From contig CP142733.1 in the NCBI GenBank assembly GCA_036630325.1, positions 868,001 through 932,000 of the forward strand: a DNA stretch of 64,000 nt. The letters are read 5' to 3'. The notes beneath the pieces were generated by a model. The model was not told the origin of the DNA. It made no database searches and saw only the letters and a list, made by a program, of their open reading frames with translations. The stretch comes from Vairimorpha necatrix (taxonomy: Eukaryota). The position numbers and the translations under genes were made by a program. Positions 55,642-64,000 of the stretch are shown in pieces. Position 1 is the stretch's first letter. Every line of letters starts with the position of its first letter.

Positions 55642-58600
55642 TGTTGGAGTGATTTCACGGGTTTATTTTTATAAAATATTTAAAGACAGACATGTCAAAT
55701 GTCTCAAGATGGCCTCTGCTGGATTATGCATGTTTCATACTTCCTACACTACCCTACCTTTAAAAGCTTAACGTGATTTGACTTGACATAACTGTTTTTA
55801 TATTATCTAGTAGCATTATAAATGAATTGAATCGCAGTTCTACGACTGTTCCTTTTTCTTACCATTTTGGTTCAAGTTTTCCTCAGAACGGTAGAATTAA
55901 ATGTTACCAAACTCTATCTTTCACCTGTATGGCATCCTTATTCTCCGTTTTTTCCTATTACTCGTATTGTATTACCGTCTGTAATTTCCCAAGTTCTTAA
56001 TCGCTTGCTGAAACTCTTTCTTATATTTTGTTAAATGCATTTCTTCTTGTATATCTAACTTATTTTGAACTATTCCTGTTAAGAGTTCCATCGGTGCACA
56101 CCTGGTAGCCCTATGATATGATTGCATATAGGCTTTGACTACGTTAGGTTCACATTTTGCCCTATCAAATTTAACAAATTCTATAACCTTCCTTAATTTT
56201 ATGGCTATATTTCTGTTAAACCTCTCGACAAACCCCGTGGTTGTAGGTTTATGATAAGAGCCATAATTCCAGATGAATTTTTTGGTCTTTGCATATTCCT
56301 CATAGATATTATTTTTGAACTCCTTATCATTATCAGATAAAATGGCCTTTGGAATACCATACTTCCTGACTATGTGTTTATCTACCAAATAAATGGCCGT
56401 ATTCATATCTTTTGTATAAATCGGCATCCCCCCTGCAATTTTCGAAAAGTGGTCAATCATTCGTAGTAAAAATTTATATCTTTGCTCGCTTTTCTCTTAA
56501 GGGCCCTACTATGTCTACTTCCCAAATTTCGTTATTGTCTTTGTTTAATGGTACAATGTCACCAAATTTCCTCTGATGTTTTTCTTTTTAAAAATTTTAC
56601 AATAACTACGTATTTTTCTATATCTCTGCTAATTCTTCCAATAAATTTCGACCAATATTATATTTCATATTCTGTTTTGATCCATGACCTAATAAATCAT
56701 GATAAAATTTTGAAAGCGTTAATGTCCTTTCTTTTTTAATTATTAAGCTTTGTATTGATTTTTTTCTAAAACAGTCTCCTCCTGATTTTGAAATTTCTTG
56801 ATTAGGTGATCTGTATAGTTTGATGCTCCTGTTATATATTCAATATAGAAATCGTATTTTTGTAACAGTAAAGACCATCTAGCCGTCCTAGCTTTACATC
56901 CCTAGGCTTATACTATTTTTTCGAGGCCCTATGTGTCGTTTCTAGTACAAAATTTCCTAATAATTCATATTCTCTGAAGTATTGAATCGATTTTATTACT
57001 GCTAGGCATTCTTGCTTCCTAGTGGAATAGTTTTTTTCTGTCTTTGAATGTAAAAAACTGTATAAGATATAATCTTCTCTTTCGTCACACTTTTGTGCCA
57101 ATGTGGCCCCGCATCCCTCCTTCGATGCATCTGTAGGCAAAAAAAATTTATCTTCAAATTTGGTATCGTCAATAAGGCGTTCTCTTCATAACCCGTTTAT
57201 ACTATTCTATTGCCTTGAAGTATTCTTTATCATTTGCTGCATTTTCCCAAAGCTATCCGCTTCCTCGTTCTTAGGTCTTGTAATATCGAATAGTGGACTA
57301 ACCACTCTATGACTGTTTTTTATAAATTTGGAGCGAAAATTTTTAGCCCCAATTAAGATTGTAATTTCTTCTTACTCTTAGGAACTAATAATACTCAAAT
57401 GCTTTTAAATCTTTCCCCATCGAGACTTATTCCCTCCTTTGATATAACATGACCTAAAATTTTTAAGGAGTCTTATAGAATTCACACTTCTCTTTATTAA
57501 GTTTAAGTCATATTGATTTGAGCTTTTCTAATACAGGTTTTCCGGGTTATAAGATCCTTCCATAGAAAAGACCATGGGTCTTATCTATGAGTAGATTTTT
57601 TCTAATGATATAAAATATTTAAAATTTCTTTCTAAATTTTTTACACTTTACACCCATGAAAACAATTCTTACACACTAAAAGAAAAAGCAGAAGGATTAC
57701 AAGAATTGCGTGAAAACAATGGCAACATAAGCATGACTGCCTTCGAGTTGCAGATTACTAGGAAATTTAAAGGATTATTATGTCAAATTATTTCTCTTTA
57801 TATTAAATTTTTTATCATTTAGCTATGGGGGAGATCTCTTTTACTAGTATAAAAATTCTCATTTAAAAAGTCGTAAAATTCGACTTTGGGGGTGGATCTT
57901 ATACCCCTGTACCAATTTAACATCTCTCTTATGGTCTTCTTCCGTTTTACTTTAATTAGTATATCATCTAAATATACTACAATCACTTTAAATAGAAATT
58001 CTTTATCACACGTTGAAAGGTATCTGGTCCATTTACAAGCCCAAATGGAATTTTCGTGAGTATAAGCTATTTTCCGTATAGGTAAAGATTTTTTCCATAT
58101 CATAGGGTGCCAAATCAATTTGATGATATCTTAATTCTGCTTCCAATTTTGTAAAATAACTAGGCCCTTCAAATGCATTCATAAATTCAAAACTCTTGGA
58201 ATTAGGTATGCGTCTTTAATCGTCGAATCATTCAATCTTTTATAGTTCACACACAACCTGTGATCTCCATTCTTTTTAAAACAATTATTATCAAACTTTT
58301 CATGCACTTTGACTAAAGCTTTTGATTCCCAAGTTTAGATATTCTTTTACTATTTTAGAGGCTATGTCCTCTTTTGCGCTACCTAACTTGTATAACTGTG
58401 TCAGTATTGGTTTGTCACCTTTTGTGATGATCTTGTAGCTTATGGATTTACTTTTTACAATTAACCCAGATTCAAGTTCCATTCTATTATGTCCAAATCT
58501 TAAATTTATTTTGTATTTATCCGTTGACGCATGTCCTGAAACATGAGATTATAATATCTCTTGTATAATAGATTTATCTTTTAATCATCCTTTCTATTTT

Positions 58601-59642
58601 AATAATAGCATGAGTTTCCCCAATATTTTTTATATTCGACCCGTTCGCTGCTCTAAGCTGTTGTTTTGAAAGACTAACAATAGTTTTATTTGATAACAAT
58701 TCTGGTCTAATCAGATTTAAATCTGCTCCTGTGTCATCAGGGCTTTAAATTTGGCTTCAGAATTATTTAATGAAATGACCTTAAGTTCTACTCTAGTGTC
58801 ATAAAATCTTGATGGGAATGGTTTAATTTTATTTAATTGAACTCTTTATTTCTTCTTACTCTTTTTCTTTTATTTCTCTATTTCTCTCACATTCTTTCGG
58901 TGGCCAATAAATCTGCCTTAAGCAAACATGTGGCCTTTTTTCGCAAATGACACATCTAATTTTTTCTTTCTTCTCCATTTCCAAATTCTCTTTCTGGGAT
59001 CCCTTTCCTCTAATCGCATCTACCTACAGTGGCTCTCCTCGCGCTACTTCTGTATATCTTGGAAGTTTTCACGCTTCACATTACTCAAAGCTTTGTAAAT
59101 GTACTCCCACTTTAGAGAATTCTTGTTGCTTATTAACACAATATTTGCTAAGTAATTAGGTAGAAATTTCAATGCAAAGGCTTTCAATACACTCTCCGGT
59201 ACATTTCTTTTGGGCCAATCCCCCATCTTATCCAGATAATTCAATAAGGAACCTCCTGATATCTTAACAAAGAAAATTTATCAATAGATATTTTTAGTTG
59301 TATATTACTTAATCTTCCCTTTAATTCTTTGATCAATTTATCAAGCCTATCCCACTGTCTGGGAGTAAATCCAGTCCCTCGCCTCTTCTTTAAATAACAT
59401 TTTAAAAATAAGTATAAGTTTAACCTCGCTGTACTCCTGAAATACCAATGCCTATATAAAGTCGTCTGGGAATTGCTGTGTGTCGTCTAATTTTTCATTT
59501 CTGAAAATTAGAAAGTCTTGTCCTTGTCGCCAAATTGTTGGAGTGAAAACATGGGTTTCTTTATTATAAAATATTCAAAGAACTCATGTCAAATGCCTCA
59601 AGATGGACACAGTTGGATTTGACATGTTTTATACTTCCTAAA
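55642..59642 (-). mobile_element. Old, degenerate Ty3/Gypsy LTR retrotransposon (element D) with about 107-bp LTRs
   Basis: Diverged LTRs at 55642-55748 and 59536-59642. PBS TGGCGACAAGG. Fragments DTGADLNL (PR), YLDDILI (RT), TDASKEG (RH), IDHFSK/SDN/VERFN (IN), with many frameshifts. Confidence 0.9.
57534..57909 (+). mobile_element. Tc1/mariner(pogo)-type internally deleted element nested in the RT of element D
   Basis: CAGG...CCTG ends with inner TATAAGATCC/GGATCTTATA. TA TSD (57532-57533, 57910-57911). Removal restores RT DVKLV|LEKL. HTH-like fragment SYTLKEKAEGLQELRENNGNISMTA. Confidence 0.75.
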
Positions 59643-60224
59643 AAACGTATTTTTCAATACTTTATTACTATTATTTATTATTTTTTTCATAAAGATTAAA
59701 TCTTTCCTATTTGTTTTATTCAGTAAAAGATTTATATAAAAATACCTTATAAACAAATAATTGCATTAAAAAGTATAGAATCACAGTTTTATGATAATTT
59801 ATCATAAATTTCAGTCCTTAAAATTTTTTATTTATTGCTAAAAAATGTATTAATTTAGGTCAAATGGGGTCTTAATATGTGGTTTAGTGGTATAACATAA
59901 TCTAAATTTAAATGTGCATACAAATATGTGTTCATATATTATTTGTAACACTTAAAGTTGAAAGCGGGTTGTTCCTTTCTATTTCTTCCATTTTTAATTT
60001 TGAATTTGAAAAAAAAAATAAAATGTATGACTGTCAAATGCAGGGCTATTTATACCTTTCTAATTGTTTTTATCTAATAAAAGCCTCATGTAGGGTCTCC
60101 TACAATAATGTCTTAAACCTCTAAATTCGCATTGCTCTCAAGAGTCTCTTATGATCAAGCTATTTAAAAGTAATTACTTTTTTATTGAAATATTATAGTT
60201 TCATATTGATACATAAAGAATGGG

Positions 60225-61212
60225 GGCTAAAGTTAGCTTTAGGACGCAAATTTCGATATAGGGTTTTTTTGTTTTTTTTTGCCCCTTTTTTTAAAAAATG
60301 GAAGAAAGAAAATGTGGAGGAAGAAACAAAAATTAAAATTAGAACAATAAATTTAATAATGCATCGAAAACAGAATTAGAGGAATTTCTCTGGAGCATAT
60401 ACCTTAGTAAATAAAGTTTGGCGCTGGTTTTGAACCTATTTCTGTTAGGTATAGAATTTTTGAGTGAACGCCAATATTTGGATCTCGAAAGTTTAATGAG
60501 TGGTTTATCATATAATGTTTTTTAAATAAGGTGCCCAAAGAATTATAAGCCCTCCACATATCACTATATATAGTGCTTTTTGTATCAACGAATTTCAATA
60601 ATAGATCTGTACGAGTTTTTTATCTCTTTTCCTAATATATAGAACCACAATCTTACGTTCGATAGTACGTTCTATCATGCCGAAACACCAAACCCCCTTC
60701 ACTAATTTTCCTCTGTTATATTTATTTTTTCCGATTTTAGTTTTATCAATTTCAATAATGATATCTTCTCCTCCTATCTTGTTTAAAGATGGAAAAAATT
60801 ATCATAGAGATTTAATTTCTTTAATTTTTTAAGTAAAAAAGATATCGAAGGTTTTGAACAACTGAGAATTTGGCAAATAAATTTACGAGAATAGCCAAGA
60901 ATCCACAAATTTAGTACCTGCAAAATTGTGATATGATCATGTTTGGAGTTTTCAAAGAAAGTATTCGTCCATATCGATGTTTGCTTCTTACAATCTTTCC
61001 AGGTACAAATTTAAAAACAACTCTGTTTTCTCGTGAATCTCATTCTAATACACACACTGCAAATCTGATTTTGTCTTTTACTAATTAGATTTTTATACAC
61101 TATTTCTAATTCTGCTCTTGTCATTATTCTTTCTTCCATTTTTTAAAAAAAGGGGCAAAAAAAAACAAAAAAACCCTATATCGAAATTTGCGTCCTAAAG
61201 CTAACTTTAGCC
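60225..61212 (-). mobile_element. Merlin (ISXO2/IS1595-like DDE) DNA transposon with disrupted transposase
   Basis: About 60-bp near-perfect TIRs GGCTAAAGTTAGCTTTAGGACGCAAATTTCG... Transposase fragments IEIDKTKIGKNKYNRG, WCFGMIER, IYSDMWRAY, INHS. ATGGGGGC at both flanks (left copy overlaps the TIR by 3 bp). Confidence 0.92.
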
Positions 61213-63405
61213 ATGGGGGCTTGATTTTACATATAACTTAATAATCTATATTAAAAACTCGTTTAATCTTATAAAATGATTAAATATATTTACATTATAA
61301 ATAGGCGATTTAAGAAACTATGCCTTGCAAGATTATAAAATTTTTTAGTAAATTTATTAGCCTTTTACGTCCAGAATAACATAGTCATAATTTCTAATTG
61401 ATGGCGTAATTTAATATTATGATTATAAGAACTTTTATACGAATGTTGCCATAATAAATTCTCTGATAACTTATCCTACTAGAAGAAATAGAGCTTGGAA
61501 ATGCAGTAGTCGCTATCGCTGCAGAAAGTACTATAAGAGTCTACTATTTGAAAGATTAATGAATCATTGTACAAAATGCATTATTGGCGATTTGTCGATA
61601 TAGATGGCCTGTGTGATCGACATACAATAGATAAATTCTTTCGAGACGTACGATATGCTTTTAAAATATATTTGACGCCTTTTCGATAATCTGCTATGCT
61701 TTGGATCAGTCTCGCCGCTGTATTAGTATAAATAGGCTTAAATATATTGGCGATACTAGGATCTGAACGATGTGGGTTGTGGACTCAAATTTATTTTGTT
61801 GATTATTTGATGTATAAGTTGATTGCAAATGGATAATTTTACGATTAATTCTACAAATGAAGGTTCCTATAATATTAACTATATTGTAGGTTTTGATTAA
61901 ATTTTGTCAATTTGTACACAAATTAAAAATATTTGTGTGAAGAGTTTTTATATTTTGCCACCATATCATATAAGATATTTTATCACGCAGTATATTTTGG
62001 TTTTTACAATTATACATAGGCAAAGTGCATTCGGTTATTATTATAGTACATTATAATCATATAGATAAAATTTTATAACTAAGGTAAATTACCCTTTTTC
62101 AGTATGAGTATCTTAGTTGTAAGAAAAGGCGTGATAGGAATTCTACAGAAAACCTTTTGCATATGTTTTAACAAGCAATTACAGTTTTAAATGAAAAATT
62201 GTTATCAAATACCATCATAATTTTTTATTGTTGATTCCATCCAAATTATAATTAAGTTTATCTATTGTACTATAAATCTTAATAAATCAAATTATTCTGA
62301 GCTACTAATGATGTAATGTTTGATTTTTTTTAATTAAGAAACCATTATAAAATATGTCATTTGTTTTAACAAACATCTACACACCAGACGGGTCGAAAAT
62401 AATAGAAATCTCGAAACGAGCGTGTCCAGATTTAAGATAAAGAATTTGTAAGTAATAATGTAGTATAATGACCATCATCAACTTTGAGTATAATATTTTC
62501 TCTAATTAAAAATTTGTTCATTGATTAATAATAATTGTTGTTAAAAGTTTTTTTACTGGACGTTAAAAACACAAAGCATTATACTCTGTTAGTACATGTA
62601 GAGCCGAGATGCAATTTGATCGACACGATTAGAAAAAGAGTATTAAAATAAGAATCCCAAATATAAGAGACAGTATAATAAACAAAACCATTCTTAATTA
62701 GCTAAAGTTTTTAACGTTTTTTTTTTTTCCTTATTAAAAGTTGTTTGACACCATAAGTATTCATTTATCCACAAAAAAGTCAACTACATACTTGAAAGCT
62801 ATACATATCAACAAATAAAAAACAATAAATAAAGTGCTCTTAATATTAAAATATGACAAATTTCAAAAGGGTATTAGAAACATAAAATTAATTAAATAAC
62901 CAAAATTGCAATTGACTTTTTTATGTTCTGTTAATCTTATACAGTGTAAAAAAAGAAATTTAGGTTTATATGAATACTAAGTGGTATTTTAATTAAATAC
63001 ATTTTTTTTATTTTAATATCAAATTAAAATGAAAATCAGGAAAATAAATGCAAAAGCAATATGTATAGAAAATATTTTCATTTTAGTATTGTAAACGTCA
63101 TAACTGTCATAATTATCAAACAAAATTTTTTTTTAAAATTCACGTCAAAAATCTCATTTTTAAAAACAGAAATAAAAAATCGAATCTATTTAAACCAATA
63201 ATGAATATATTTGCTTTGAAAAGTAATTTTTTAAAAAAAAAACATGTCAAATGTGAAAGGTAACAAAAAATAAAATAATAAATTTTGACATTTATATTGT
63301 ATAGAGATCAATTCAAAAAATAAAAGGCTTTTCATCTAATTTAAAAAATTTAGAATCGTTTTTATTTTAAACCCTTTATAAATAATTTTTTTTCCAACCC
63401 TCTAT

Positions 63406-64000
63406 ATGTTTTTTTACATTTTATCAGTTATATGTTCAGAGATAAAAGATATTAAGAGTGAAATTTTAGACCGAACAGAAGAGAATAATCATTACAAAAT
63501 TAAAAATCCAATATTTCCGAAGTGTCAAAACCTTTTTATTGAAAAAAATATCAGAAATAATAAACAATTCAATGCACCTGATTCTATCAGCACTTCAAAT
63601 TCGAGATACAATCCTTATAAAAGAGAAAAGGGTTTTTTTGGTGAGGGTTCTGGTTCTAGTGCACTTGTTAAACCTCTTGATTTATCTTTTAAATCGACAA
63701 AAACAGAAAATATTAATTCAATTGCAAAATATTGTCAATTTACAATTGAAAAGCGCGTCGAAGAATACAACAATCTACTTAAGCAATTGAAAAGTCTTAT
63801 ATCGACATGGGAACATCAAGATTCGCAATTTAGAGATATATCTTCTAGATTAGAATTCGGCAATAGATCTGATCAAGGGCTATATTATAGTAGTAGAGCT
63901 AAAGTATATCCATGGGTAAAAAACCACGGTTCAATTGTCCATGATTATCTTATACGTATCTTGGAATTGATTTTGAAAAGTAAAACTGATCAGAATATAA
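63406..64000 (+). CDS. Secreted hypothetical protein, paralog of 53882-54826; runs off the window end (absent from ORF track)
   Basis: Hand translation: MFFYILSVICSEIKD...SRYNPY...KPLDLSF...LLKQLKSLISTW...VYPWVKN...LILKSK. No stop before 64000. CCC upstream. Confidence 0.85.
   Translation, partial: MFFYILSVICSEIKDIKSEILDRTEENNHYKIKNPIFPKCQNLFIEKNIRNNKQFNAPDSISTSNSRYNPYKREKGFFGEGSGSSALVKPLDLSFKSTKTENINSIAKYCQFTIEKRVEEYNNLLKQLKSLISTWEHQDSQFRDISSRLEFGNRSDQGLYYSSRAKVYPWVKNHGSIVHDYLIRILELILKSKTDQNI

Overview
Very AT-rich eukaryotic DNA, almost certainly from a microsporidian (Nosema/Vairimorpha-like). The evidence is compact, nearly intron-free genes with CCC/GGG motifs just before the ATG, a serpin expansion, a ricin-B-like protein and Merlin transposons. 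Housekeeping genes: PER1, Sec8-like, eIF4A, a NEO1-type P4-ATPase, RPC4-like, a Rab, RRP40, PP2A-A, CIA1, a two-RRM protein and tRNA-Val(AAC). Accessory stretches hold secreted or host-interaction candidates (four serpins, two signal-peptide HD-like proteins, two paralogous effectors) and many transposons. Most notable: (1) two intact 3.1-3.2 kb Ty3/Gypsy elements with only 49-bp LTRs, an ORF starting inside the LTR, a very short Gag and no recognisable protease; (2) a Gag-protease-only LTR element with hairpin-rich LTRs that cleanly splits the NEO1-like gene; (3) a 75-nt intron that looks like a U18/snR18 box C/D snoRNA; (4) secreted HD-domain proteins; (5) a secreted protein carrying a PLDLS CtBP-binding motif. 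All homology calls come from motif recognition by eye; no searches were run.
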